The notes under the pieces were generated by a model that did no database searches, was not told where the DNA came from, and was given only the letters and a program-made list of their open reading frames with translations. A stretch of 64,000 nt of DNA from a bacterium CG10_46_32 (GTDB lineage Bacteria; Patescibacteriota; Patescibacteriia; UBA2169). The DNA lies in contig MOEI01000012.1 in assembly GCA_001889965.1 (NCBI GenBank), positions 1,170 to 65,169 of the forward strand. Reading direction: 5' to 3'. Both the position numbers and the translations under genes were made by a program. Shown here piece by piece: positions 53,550 through 62,343 of the stretch; within the stretch, counting starts at the first letter, position 1; every line of letters starts with the position of its first letter.

Positions 53550-53624
53550 GCGGGTATCGTATAATGGTTATTATGTCAGGTTTCCAACCTGAAAATGGGG
53601 GTTCGATTCCCCCTACCCGCTCCA
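53550..53624 (+). tRNA. tRNA-Gly (anticodon UCC), CCA encoded
   Basis: Hand-folded: acceptor gcgggta/tacccgc, anticodon stem tcagg/cctga, loop t-t-TCC-a-a, T-arm ggggg-ttcgatt-ccccc. Confidence 0.9.
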
Positions 53625-53656
53625 AAAACACCCCGCCGATTCGGCGGGGTGTTTTT
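53625..53656. terminator. bidirectional terminator after tRNA-Gly / uppS
   Basis: aaaaacaccccgccg-attc-ggcggggtgttttt. Confidence 0.75.
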
Positions 53657-53680
53657 AATGTAAAAAAATACAATAAACAA

Positions 53681-54778
53681 CTACACCTTTTCCAAACCCG
53701 GATCAATCAGCTCGCCCGCGGCAATTCCCGCAACATCCTCCTGCGCCGTGCCGCCGAACCGGCGTACGCGGGACGCGTAATCCAAAATCGCGAGCCGAAA
53801 CTGCTCGCCGCCAAAATCCGGAAAATGCACACTCGTAAAATAGAGCTCCGCATACACGGACTGATACGCCATAATACCACTGGTACGCTGTTCGCCGGAT
53901 GTGCGAATGATCAAATCTGGATCAGGAATCCCATTGCTGTCCAGGTATGTTGAAATAACCTGTTCGTCCACCTTTGTGATGCCATCTTCTGCCATGCGAT
54001 TAAACGCACGAACCAAATCATCCCTGCCCCCGGAATCAAGGCAGAGTTGAAAATTGAGGTTGGTATACTTTTCTGCGTCAACTTCAAGTTGCTCGCAAAT
54101 CGCAATAATATCTTTTGGAAAACGGTCGCGCCTGCCAAAAAGCCGGAACCTGATTTTATCTTCGTGGAGATTTTTTGAAAGCGTTCCCACAAATTCTTTA
54201 AAGATACCAAACAAGTACTCAATTTCCTTTTTATCTCGGTTCCAATTTTCTGTAGAAAAACCCCATAAACTAAGGTACTGTATTCCTGATCGGCGACACT
54301 CTTTAAAAATTTCACGCATACGCTTGTTTTGCAGCGCGGCGCGGTGCCCAACCCATGGTTGCCACCCCTTGGCGCGCGCCCACCTACGATTGCCATCCGG
54401 AATAATCACCACGTGATGCGGAACCTGCGCTTTGTCAGTCCCTCGCAACAATGTTTTCCCTAACTGCACTAAACTACTGAACTCATCAGTCACAAACGAT
54501 TTCGTCCGCTTGATGGAAAAATCCGCATAGACTGCCTTAGGCACGTGCCATGCATAGCTTAAGGCTTCTACTTTTGCGGGAAAATATCCTTTTTGACACC
54601 AAGAAAGCAAGGCTTCCAAATGTGCACGCGTACCTTGAGCCACAACAAACACCGTGCCCTGTGCAGTATTTTGGACTTCCCCCATAAGGCCGTGTTTGCG
54701 CGCAAAAAGAGCGCATTGATTCCGAAAATTAACTCCCTGGACACGCCCTTTTACTTCGATATGAATTTCTTGATGCAT
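53681..54778 (-). CDS. uppS: acylphosphatase-like domain fused to undecaprenyl-diphosphate synthase (cis-prenyltransferase)
   Basis: N-terminal IHIEVKGRVQGVNFRNQ (the acylphosphatase signature V.G.VQGV.FR). This is followed by HVVIIPDGNRRWARAKG, TENWNR and IRTSGEQRTSG. Confidence 0.85.
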   Translation of the reverse strand: MHQEIHIEVKGRVQGVNFRNQCALFARKHGLMGEVQNTAQGTVFVVAQGTRAHLEALLSWCQKGYFPAKVEALSYAWHVPKAVYADFSIKRTKSFVTDEFSSLVQLGKTLLRGTDKAQVPHHVVIIPDGNRRWARAKGWQPWVGHRAALQNKRMREIFKECRRSGIQYLSLWGFSTENWNRDKKEIEYLFGIFKEFVGTLSKNLHEDKIRFRLFGRRDRFPKDIIAICEQLEVDAEKYTNLNFQLCLDSGGRDDLVRAFNRMAEDGITKVDEQVISTYLDSNGIPDPDLIIRTSGEQRTSGIMAYQSVYAELYFTSVHFPDFGGEQFRLAILDYASRVRRFGGTAQEDVAGIAAGELIDPGLEKV

Positions 54779-54879
54779 ATATATACCAGCTGATTACGTG
54801 ATATCGTACCATACTATCACCTCACGCACAAAAAAATAATTTCCAAAAAACAAAACATCTGTGCTATAGTAAAATTATT

Positions 54880-55632
54880 ATGTTCGCCTACGCAATCATC
54901 GCAACACTCAGCGTAAGCCTTATATCTTTTATTGGGATTCTTACGTTTTCAAAAGAAATACATACGCACAAATGGCTGCGCCGGCTTATCGGGCTTGCGG
55001 TTGGCACGTTGCTTGGGGCAGTATTTTTTGATCTGCTTCCGGAAACTATCAAGTCATTCGAAAACCCGAACACAGCTTCACTCGTCATTCTCGCTTCCAT
55101 TCTTGCATTCTTTGTTATTGAAAAAGCAATTCACTATCATCACTGTAGATGCGAAGGAAAAGAGCATACATATAAAAAAAACAACCTTATCATCAACAAT
55201 CTTATCGGCGACGGGATTCATAATTTTATTGATGGCACTATTATCGCGGGCGCATTCTTGGTTGATGTTAGGCTCGGCATTGGCACTACACTAGCAGTAG
55301 CATTGCACGAAATTCCACAGGAAGTTTCTGATTTCTCTATCTTGGTCTATGCTGGCCTCTCGCGATTCAAAGCCATACTCTACAATGTGCTCTTTGGACT
55401 CACGAGCGTTATTGGTGCGATTGTGGTGTTTGTATTTGCTCAATCCTTAGGAAATCTGATTCCAATACTTCTTGCAATTGCAACCGGAAACTTTATCTAC
55501 CTTGCAATGGCAGATTTAGTGCCTGAACTGAACCATGAAAATAATCCGAAACGCGTATGGGCACAACTTTTGTGGGTTGGCATGGGCATAACGCTTCTGT
55601 ATCTTGTTGGCATAGTTACTGGACACGAGTAG
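54880..55632 (+). CDS. ZIP-family metal (zinc) transporter
   Basis: 8 TM helices, the His-rich loop HYHHCRCEGKEH, and HEIPQEVSDF. Confidence 0.85.
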   Translation: MFAYAIIATLSVSLISFIGILTFSKEIHTHKWLRRLIGLAVGTLLGAVFFDLLPETIKSFENPNTASLVILASILAFFVIEKAIHYHHCRCEGKEHTYKKNNLIINNLIGDGIHNFIDGTIIAGAFLVDVRLGIGTTLAVALHEIPQEVSDFSILVYAGLSRFKAILYNVLFGLTSVIGAIVVFVFAQSLGNLIPILLAIATGNFIYLAMADLVPELNHENNPKRVWAQLLWVGMGITLLYLVGIVTGHE

Positions 55633-55682
55633 CTGCCGCATAATTCACCAAACAGTGTAGTTTATGGTATAATAGTTATACC

Positions 55683-57176
55683 ATGGCTATTTTTAATCCA
55701 ATACTATTCTTTGTATTAGATGTCTATCGTCAGCTATTAGCTGCGAATGATCCTTTTTATGCTATATTAATTTTGCTGGTGAATGGATTCTGGATTCCGA
55801 TTGCTTTCATCATATACAAAAATGCCGAAATCGCGTGGAAAGATTGGCGGCAAAGCCTCTATCATAATGCAAAAAGGAGATTTATCCTGCTTGCTATCGA
55901 CGTGCCGCGTTTAAACGAACAATCCCCGAAAGCCGTTGAAAGCATCTTTACGCAGCTACATGGCGCGCTTCCCGGACGGAACAATATATACGAAAATTGG
56001 TGGGTTGGAAAAAATGTAGATTACTTTAGCGTTGAACTAGTTTCTATCGAAGGCTATGTTCAATTCTTGGTGCATACGCAGGAGGAGTACCGAGACATGG
56101 TGGAAAGCGCATTTTACTCCCAATATCCAGATGCGGAAATCACGCAAGTGGAAGACTATGTGTACGGCCAAAATGGAGAATTTAAAGATCTTGTATTCCC
56201 CAACAAAGAGTACGATTTGTTTGGTTGTGAATTTGTGCTTGCGCGTTCAAACGCATACCCAATTCGGTTGCATATTGCTTTTGAGCACTCTCTCTCGCAA
56301 GAATTTAAAGATCCTATGGCAAGCCTGCTTGAAAGCATGAACAAAATCGGCCCTGGCGAACAACTCTGGTTCCAATGGGTTATTACACCTGAATATGACG
56401 ACGACTGGCAAAGCAAATCAAACAAAGAGGCCATGAAAATTGCCGGCAAAAAAATAGAGTCATCAGAAAACATTGTTGATAGGGCAGTAAGCACGCTTAT
56501 TAATATGATTGATGCTATTGGCATTGCGGTTTTTCCTTTCTATAACCAAACCGAAGAATCAAAAAAAGATGACGAAATGCTGAGCCTTATGCTGCATCTA
56601 ACTCCAGCAGAACAAGGACGAATTGAAGGCATTCAAATGAAAGCTGATAAACACGGTTTTTGGACTAAATTCAGATACCTGTATATTGCGAAAAAAGCAG
56701 TAGCTTCCAAGGCGCGCGGATTAGCGCCAATTGTCGGAGCCCTGAAACAATTCAGCTCCTTAAATACGAACTCGCTTAAAACGCACAAATACACAAAAAC
56801 ATGGGGTCTTGATTATTTGATGGTGGAACAACGTATCGCAGCCAGACAAAATAAACTTCTCCGAGCATTTCAGGATCGCGGCCGCAGCGCAGGCTCCAAT
56901 GGAATCGTGTTAAACACAGAAGAACTTGCCACACTCTACCACTTCCCAACAGAAACCGTAAAAGCTCCGCTGGTTTCTAGAACTACCTCCAAACGCGGGT
57001 CAGCGCCAGTAAGCTTGCCAGTGGAAGGCGGGCCGCACACACTAGACACTTCGCTTGACGACCAGCCAGCGCAGCCCGCAGAACAAGCAGCCATGCAGCG
57101 CGCAACCGCGCAGGAGGCACAAGAAGCCCGAGCAGCTCATCAAAGTCAAGCGCCAACAAACTTGCCGTTTGTGTAA
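55683..57176 (+). CDS. hypothetical membrane-anchored protein (497 aa)
   Basis: Two N-terminal TM helices, a large soluble domain and a low-complexity Q/A-rich tail. The family was not recognised. Confidence 0.55.
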   Translation: MAIFNPILFFVLDVYRQLLAANDPFYAILILLVNGFWIPIAFIIYKNAEIAWKDWRQSLYHNAKRRFILLAIDVPRLNEQSPKAVESIFTQLHGALPGRNNIYENWWVGKNVDYFSVELVSIEGYVQFLVHTQEEYRDMVESAFYSQYPDAEITQVEDYVYGQNGEFKDLVFPNKEYDLFGCEFVLARSNAYPIRLHIAFEHSLSQEFKDPMASLLESMNKIGPGEQLWFQWVITPEYDDDWQSKSNKEAMKIAGKKIESSENIVDRAVSTLINMIDAIGIAVFPFYNQTEESKKDDEMLSLMLHLTPAEQGRIEGIQMKADKHGFWTKFRYLYIAKKAVASKARGLAPIVGALKQFSSLNTNSLKTHKYTKTWGLDYLMVEQRIAARQNKLLRAFQDRGRSAGSNGIVLNTEELATLYHFPTETVKAPLVSRTTSKRGSAPVSLPVEGGPHTLDTSLDDQPAQPAEQAAMQRATAQEAQEARAAHQSQAPTNLPFV

Positions 57177-57576
57177 TATTGCAAAAAAATATACGCTCCC
57201 CCATTGCTGGGGAGCGTATATGTAAGTACTCTTCTTTATGATGTATTATTCCGTGATAGCATATCATAATTTCTAATGAGTTGATGAAGGTAAAACTGCC
57301 TCATTTTTATCCAGAGGTAGTTTTGCTTTTTTTGTTTTTTTAAAGAACACAATTCTGTCCCCGGCTACTGTGCTCGGGGCATTATAATCATCTTATATTT
57401 TTTTGATTTTTTGCCTCATAGGGCGCAGATGATTGGTGTTTACTGCCTATGCTTAGGCTCTAGAATCCTAAGCATATAAAAAGACACTTCACGGGATGCG
57501 AAGTGCCTGGCAGGAAACGTACCTAAAGGTAGTATAGCATACCTTTAGACAAAAGTCAAGAATTTCGGTATTTGTG

Positions 57577-58008
57577 TTAAAAATATTTCTTCAAAAAATC
57601 CGATGGCTCCATAATCTCAATGGGTAGCTGCAGTTTGAGCAATGCCTCATTCCTTGAAAAGTGCCGCCGATCCAGTGTGAGCAGGACATCCGCGCGCGCG
57701 AGCACGGCTCCGACAAGAATCGGCACGTCTTTACCCGGCACATAGCGGGCCGCAATACTCGCCTCCGACGACACAAACTCAAAAGGATGTTGGATGATGT
57801 AATTACCTTGCAGGATGTTTTGATAGTGCGCAAAAAGTTCCCGCTCTCTAAACGATTGCCTGATGTTTCGCTCCGCTTCCCGGAGCACGTGTTCGGTTGT
57901 GATAACAGTTATCGAACCGGCTCTCGCCATGCGCAACACAAAACCAGATCCCCCGTGCGGGGACCTGGCTGCTGCAAAAAATACGTTTGCGTCCACAAAC
58001 ACGTTCAT
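57577..58008 (-). CDS. PIN-domain toxin (VapC-like)
   Basis: MNVFVDANVFFAAARSP...TTEHVLREAERNI...LLTLDRRHF, with acidic PIN residues at the expected spacing. Confidence 0.75.
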   Translation of the reverse strand: MNVFVDANVFFAAARSPHGGSGFVLRMARAGSITVITTEHVLREAERNIRQSFRERELFAHYQNILQGNYIIQHPFEFVSSEASIAARYVPGKDVPILVGAVLARADVLLTLDRRHFSRNEALLKLQLPIEIMEPSDFLKKYF

Positions 58009-58220
58009 GGCGCAGCTTCTAGAGTACGCAAAAGATTCTCTATTCGTTCTCTGGTCTCCAAATCAAGCTCATCCGCCTGCTCAAATTCCCGAATCCGTTC
58101 AGGTGTATATATCTCAATGCCTGCATCCGTCGCTTCTGAACGCTTAAAAATCTTCTCGTAGAGCGTTGCCTGTTGTTTTAATATTTCGTACTGATTTTTG
58201 GGGATGGTAACAGTATCCAT
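58005..58220 (-). CDS. putative antitoxin of the PIN toxin
   Basis: 71 aa from MDTVTIPKNQYEIL. It has a 4-nt overlap with the toxin start and starts 22 nt after the RT-2 stop. Confidence 0.5.
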   Translation of the reverse strand: MDTVTIPKNQYEILKQQATLYEKIFKRSEATDAGIEIYTPERIREFEQADELDLETRERIENLLRTLEAAP

Positions 58221-58242
58221 AATACCACCAGTATAGCAAAAA

Positions 58243-59268
58243 TTAAACCGCAAGGCAACCAAATGTATTCGTGCGGCGGCTCATAGTATTCACTGCCTGT
58301 GTTAATCCGAATGCATTCCCGTGTTGCAATAAACCAACATACGATTGGACTGATGCGTCCCGCGCCTCTTGAGAACCAAGCCTCATAAGCATTCTGCGTT
58401 TTGATGCGGTCCGTAACACGCAATGATCCGGAAAATGCACCCAGCCCAAAAAATCCACTCCGGAAGAAAGGGTTTTGATAAAAACTTTGTCCGGATGCAG
58501 CGCAAGGTTGAGTTCATGCTCTAAAAATTCCGATATTCTTAGAAGCTGATTACGAAGCCGTTCTTTGTCATGAGATAACATCACAAAATCATCAGCATAA
58601 CGAATGTAGTATTTGGCCTTGAGCTTGTGCTTCACAAATCGGTCAAACTTGTTCATATACACATTAACCAATAGCTGCGAGGTGAGATTGCCAAGAGGCA
58701 GTCCCGCGCCTTTTTTGGTTGAGTGGAAACTGGAGACAATTTGTGAAATGAGCCACCTAATATCGCGGTCCGGCAGGTAACCTTTAATAATCTCGATGAG
58801 AATGTTTTGGTCAATTGAAGCAAAAAACTTTCTAATGTCGCACTTAAGTACCCACACTGTCCGGGTATGATTGCGAGACGCCTTGCGGGCAAACGCCCGA
58901 AACCGGTTCATGGCTCTGTGCGTTCCTTTGCCTAACCGGCACGAGTACGAGTCCGCAATAAATGTCTTGTCAAAAAACGGATATAATACCCGGTATAACG
59001 CATGGTGCAGCAGCCGATCCCGCACGCTGGCTTTGTGAATGTTTCTCGGTTTTGGGTCTGAGATGTTAAAAGCGTAATAAGGCGCGTGCTGATAGGTTTT
59101 GTTTGCCAAATCACGGTGGAGCGCAAAGACATTGGTCATTAAATCGCGTTCAAATTCCTGCACATCCCGGCGGTTGCGCTTGCCGCGGATAAACTCCTGC
59201 CACGCGAGAAGCAGATTATCTACAGAGATGATATACTGGTAACTGCCATTAAAAATAACCTTGCCCAT
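58243..59268 (-). CDS. DGR-2 reverse transcriptase
   Basis: 341 aa with NIHKASVRDRLLHHAL, CDIRKFFASIDQ, LPLGNLTSQLLVNVYMNKFD (DGR-type GxxxSQ) and YIRYADDFVM (YxDD). There is no maturase or endonuclease domain. Confidence 0.9.
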   Translation of the reverse strand: MGKVIFNGSYQYIISVDNLLLAWQEFIRGKRNRRDVQEFERDLMTNVFALHRDLANKTYQHAPYYAFNISDPKPRNIHKASVRDRLLHHALYRVLYPFFDKTFIADSYSCRLGKGTHRAMNRFRAFARKASRNHTRTVWVLKCDIRKFFASIDQNILIEIIKGYLPDRDIRWLISQIVSSFHSTKKGAGLPLGNLTSQLLVNVYMNKFDRFVKHKLKAKYYIRYADDFVMLSHDKERLRNQLLRISEFLEHELNLALHPDKVFIKTLSSGVDFLGWVHFPDHCVLRTASKRRMLMRLGSQEARDASVQSYVGLLQHGNAFGLTQAVNTMSRRTNTFGCLAV

Positions 59269-59665
59269 ACTATGCCGTATTCTACCCCCCCCCCCGACAA
59301 TTTTGCCAGTATTGCAAAAGGTGAAAAGCGCGTATCTCTTGTGGTACGGCTTTTACCAAACGATTCCAAAGAATCACAGGCACTCGCTCGGCAAAAAAAT
59401 TGACACCTTGTTTGTGGAGATCGTTGAGGCGATCGCGACTGCTTGTTTTTTGGTGCGCGCCGAAAAAATCCCGTACGTCCGCAGGGCAATCCAAAAACTG
59501 GATACGCTAAAAATATTTTTAATGATCCTCTGGGAAACAAAATCTTTGGACAACAAAAAGTATGCCGCGCTTTCCGAGCCGCTGGATGAAATAGGCCGCA
59601 TGCTCGGCGGCTGGAACGGCCAGCTTGTAAAACAAAACTCCCCCGCAAAAGCGGGGGAGAAATGA
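59261..59665 (+). CDS. avd: DGR-2 accessory variability determinant (Avd-like); true start probably downstream of the poly-C tract
   Basis: Paralog of the avd at 29209-29562 (...LDNKKYAALSEPLDEIGRMLGGWNGQ). The track ORF starts at the TTG at 59261 and reads the C11 tract as PPPP. Alternative in-frame starts are TTG 59300/59309 and GTG 59318. Confidence 0.8.
   Translation: MPILCRILPPPPTILPVLQKVKSAYLLWYGFYQTIPKNHRHSLGKKIDTLFVEIVEAIATACFLVRAEKIPYVRRAIQKLDTLKIFLMILWETKSLDNKKYAALSEPLDEIGRMLGGWNGQLVKQNSPAKAGEK
59285..59295. repeat. homopolymeric C11 (G11 on minus strand) tract at the divergent RT-2 / avd-2 start region
   Basis: Plus strand reads tcta-ccccccccccc-gacaa. It lies 17 nt upstream of the RT-2 ATG (59268) and inside the longest avd-2 ORF. 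Confidence 0.9.
59629..59659 (-). terminator. terminator-like hairpin immediately 3' of TR2 (inside the avd-2 3' end)
   Basis: Minus strand: ctcccccgc-tttt-gcgggggag followed by ttttgtttt. Confidence 0.55.
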
Positions 59666-59671
59666 AGAGAG

Positions 59672-59795
59672 TTGCGAGGACGAGAGCGGGGTTGCTGGCA
59701 TTCCAGCCGTTGTCGAGCCAGTTGTAGTTCCAGTTCCACCTGTTGCCGTTCCAGTTGAGGTAACGGACATAGAGGTTGTCGTCCGGGTCGCGATT
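59672..59795 (-). repeat. DGR-2 template repeat (TR2)
   Basis: 124-nt gap-free alignment to 60148-60271. In the VR frame it is Asn-rich: NRDPDDNLYVRYLNWNGNRWNWNYNWLDNGWNASNPALVLA. Confidence 0.9.
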
Positions 59796-60027
59796 TGCAT
59801 AACGCGCCTCCTGTGCCACTGCCCCGCGAATACTCTTGGGGCTGTATCGTATTTGGCATCGCAATGCCCTAGCGCGCCATGCCAAGTATCTTCATTTTTT
59901 GAAGTTTCTGCATGCGCCGCGCTATTCCAAACTCTTGATCGGGAATACTCCGGACGCATGGATACTGGATTCGGCAGCGGCCAGCCGTAGCCAACCACAT
60001 ATTCGCCTAATACCGTTTCTATTGTAA

Positions 60028-60076
60028 CAAAAATAAGAGGCCCGCACCATTCGCTATGAACGAATGATGCGGGCCT
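60028..60076 (-). terminator. intrinsic terminator of DGR-2 target gene
   Basis: Minus strand: aggcccgcatcattcg-ttcatag-cgaatggtgcgggcct followed by cttattttt. Confidence 0.65.
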
Positions 60077-60142
60077 TGTCGCGCGAGTTCTAAGGGCTAA
60101 GGCCAAAGATCCAAAAGATCTAAGAACCTAAGCTCGAAGTAC

Positions 60143-60700
60143 TCAACTTGCGAGGACGAGAGCGGGGTTGCTGGCACGCCAGCCGTCGTCGAGCCAGTAG
60201 CAGCCCCAGCGCCACCCGTCGCCGCCCCAGTCGAGGCAACGGACATAGAGGTCGCCGCCCGGGCCGCGATAGATAGTGCCCCAGAAGAACACATACTTGC
60301 CCTTCCACGCCTCGGGAATGAGGTGCGGATTGGCGAGCAGGTAGTCCAGCACGTTCGCGTTGAGTACGTGCCGGGACTTGAGCTCCTCGCGGAGTTTGTC
60401 GCCCTTGATGGAGCCGCAATTTTGCTCCTCTGTGAGGTAAAGCGCGACCTTGGCGGGGTCCCACTCCAACTGGCCGCCCTTGACGTGCTGTTCCACGCTC
60501 CAGCTCTCGGACAGGAACGGATCGGCGTCGCAGTCAATGACGTGCCTCTTGGGTACGATTTCGGCGCGGCCGTGAATCAGGTCCAGAATCCCGGGCCAGT
60601 TATTGAACTGGCCGAGAAGCGTCACGTCGTGAGGCGTGAGGAGCTCGGACTCCAACCTCTCCATCAACTGGTGGGTCTGACCTTCTGAATAAGAAGACAT
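60143..60700 (-). CDS. DGR-2 variable target protein (185 aa, no signal peptide, VR at extreme C-terminus)
   Basis: A GGAGAG SD lies upstream of the ATG at 60700. The C-terminus YRGPGGDLYVRCLDWGGDGWRWGCYWLDDGWRASNPALVLAS is the diversified copy of TR2. Confidence 0.85.
   Translation of the reverse strand: MSSYSEGQTHQLMERLESELLTPHDVTLLGQFNNWPGILDLIHGRAEIVPKRHVIDCDADPFLSESWSVEQHVKGGQLEWDPAKVALYLTEEQNCGSIKGDKLREELKSRHVLNANVLDYLLANPHLIPEAWKGKYVFFWGTIYRGPGGDLYVRCLDWGGDGWRWGCYWLDDGWRASNPALVLAS
60148..60271 (-). repeat. DGR-2 variable repeat (VR2)
   Basis: It covers the last roughly 41 codons of the target. The 20 mismatches to TR2 all correspond to TR minus-strand A. The 3'-terminal 29 nt are identical (an IMH-like region). 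Confidence 0.9.
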
Positions 60701-60918
60701 GTCTTCTCTCCGTTGTTTGGCACATGTGCCAGTTTGGACGCTAGCGGACTGCCTTATGCAGCCATAGCCAGAAACTACCCAAATTTGAGTTGTTTTTGGC
60801 TATGGCAACACGTTTTTGCGAGTAAAATAGGGGTAAAAAGAGCTAATACTATATTATATCATAACTACGTAATTTGTCAATAGTGCTACAAAAACAACAA
60901 ACAGCTACACTGTAACAT

Positions 60919-62343
60919 ATGTCAACCGCACATCGCATCGCCAAAAACACGCTTTACCTGGCTCTCGGCAAAATACTTTCAACAGGAATCGGGGTATTAA
61001 CGGTCGCTCTTCTGCTCCGATACCTCTCGGTTGAGGATTACGGAAGATATACCACAGTTCTGGCATTTATCCTGCTCTACGGAACTATTGTTGATTTTGG
61101 ACTGAATTTGACGACAACGCAGGACATCTCTTTGCCCGCCACTGATGTTCCTCGCACACTCTCCACAGTATTCACACTACGTCTTTTGGTAAACATAGTG
61201 CTTATACTTCTATTGCCGGTGATTCTACTTGCGTTCCCGTACGAACCAGCTGTTAAAAATGCGATACTTATCACATCAGTCTTGTTTTTTACATCATCTT
61301 TGTTTCAGGTACTGGCAAGCTACTTCCAAATGGCGCTTGAAGCCGGCAAAGTAGCTGCCGCAGAACTTGCAGGACGAGCCATACTGCTCGCAACAACCGG
61401 CATAGCCATTTTCTATGGATTCACATTCACGCAAATTATGCTCACGATTGTAGCAAGTTCATTAGTGCAGTTTTGGGTGCTGTTACGGTTTACTTCGGCC
61501 GCAATCCATCTGCGGCTGATAATTGATTACACAATAGGGAAACGGATCGCACGCAAAACATGGCCCATTGCCTTGTCGGTAATTTTTACGACCATCTATT
61601 TTAAGGGTGATGCGGTAATTCTCTCGTTGACGCGGCCCTACCAGGATGTAGGCATCTATGGAGCCGCATACAAAATTCTTGAGGTACTCATTACTCTGCC
61701 GATTCTGTTTATGGGATTAGTATTGCCTCATCTTTCACGGGCGCATAGCAAGGGCGATACTAAGCAGTTTAATGATATTATGCAAAAAACATGGGACGCG
61801 CTTGCTGTTGTAACTATGCCGTTGGTGGTTGGAACCCTTGTTCTTGCGCGGCCCATTATGGTGCTTATTGCAGGCAACGGCTACGAACCTGCGGAAAACG
61901 TACTTCGCATATTAATTATTGCGACGGGAATTATTTTTCTAGGAAGCTTGTTTAGCCATGCGGTGGTCGCCATTGGAAAACAGAAAAGCATGATACAATA
62001 CTATGCCGCAACCGCAATGCTTGCGGTGGTGCTCTATGTCGCATACATCCCAACCTACACCTACTACGCAGCCGCAGGTGTTACCGTGCTTTCAGAATTT
62101 TTAATCGCCATTGCAGCCGGGATTGTCGTATGGCGCGCTTCATCACTTACGCTTTCTACAAAAGGGTTCTGGGCCGCGCTTATAGCAAGCGCACTCATGG
62201 GTTTTGTATTGTATATTCTGCTTAGTCTAAATGTATTAGTTCTCGTACTCATTGGCGGATCACTCTACACACTCTTAATATATATGATGCGATCACAATT
62301 TTCATTTTTTTTACATGAAACTCCACTCAATCGGAACCACTAA
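60919..62343 (+). CDS. polysaccharide/oligosaccharide flippase (Wzx/MOP superfamily)
   Basis: 474 aa with about 12-14 TM helices and an N-terminus (IAKNTLYLALGKILSTGIGVL) typical of the family. Confidence 0.8.
   Translation: MSTAHRIAKNTLYLALGKILSTGIGVLTVALLLRYLSVEDYGRYTTVLAFILLYGTIVDFGLNLTTTQDISLPATDVPRTLSTVFTLRLLVNIVLILLLPVILLAFPYEPAVKNAILITSVLFFTSSLFQVLASYFQMALEAGKVAAAELAGRAILLATTGIAIFYGFTFTQIMLTIVASSLVQFWVLLRFTSAAIHLRLIIDYTIGKRIARKTWPIALSVIFTTIYFKGDAVILSLTRPYQDVGIYGAAYKILEVLITLPILFMGLVLPHLSRAHSKGDTKQFNDIMQKTWDALAVVTMPLVVGTLVLARPIMVLIAGNGYEPAENVLRILIIATGIIFLGSLFSHAVVAIGKQKSMIQYYAATAMLAVVLYVAYIPTYTYYAAAGVTVLSEFLIAIAAGIVVWRASSLTLSTKGFWAALIASALMGFVLYILLSLNVLVLVLIGGSLYTLLIYMMRSQFSFFLHETPLNRNH

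Larger units (their letters stand above)
58243..60731 (-). mobile_element. DGR-2 cassette (RT, poly-C tract, inverted avd, TR, target gene with VR)
   Basis: See the component features. All 20 TR/VR mismatches are at TR adenines. Confidence 0.88.

Noticed and set aside
59220-60106. Several long minus-strand ORFs (59220-59885, 59374-59859, 59519-60106) over TR2 and antisense avd-2
   Set aside because: They are alternative-frame translations of the TR and the spacer. There are no conserved motifs, and they overlap the well-supported avd-2 on the other strand.
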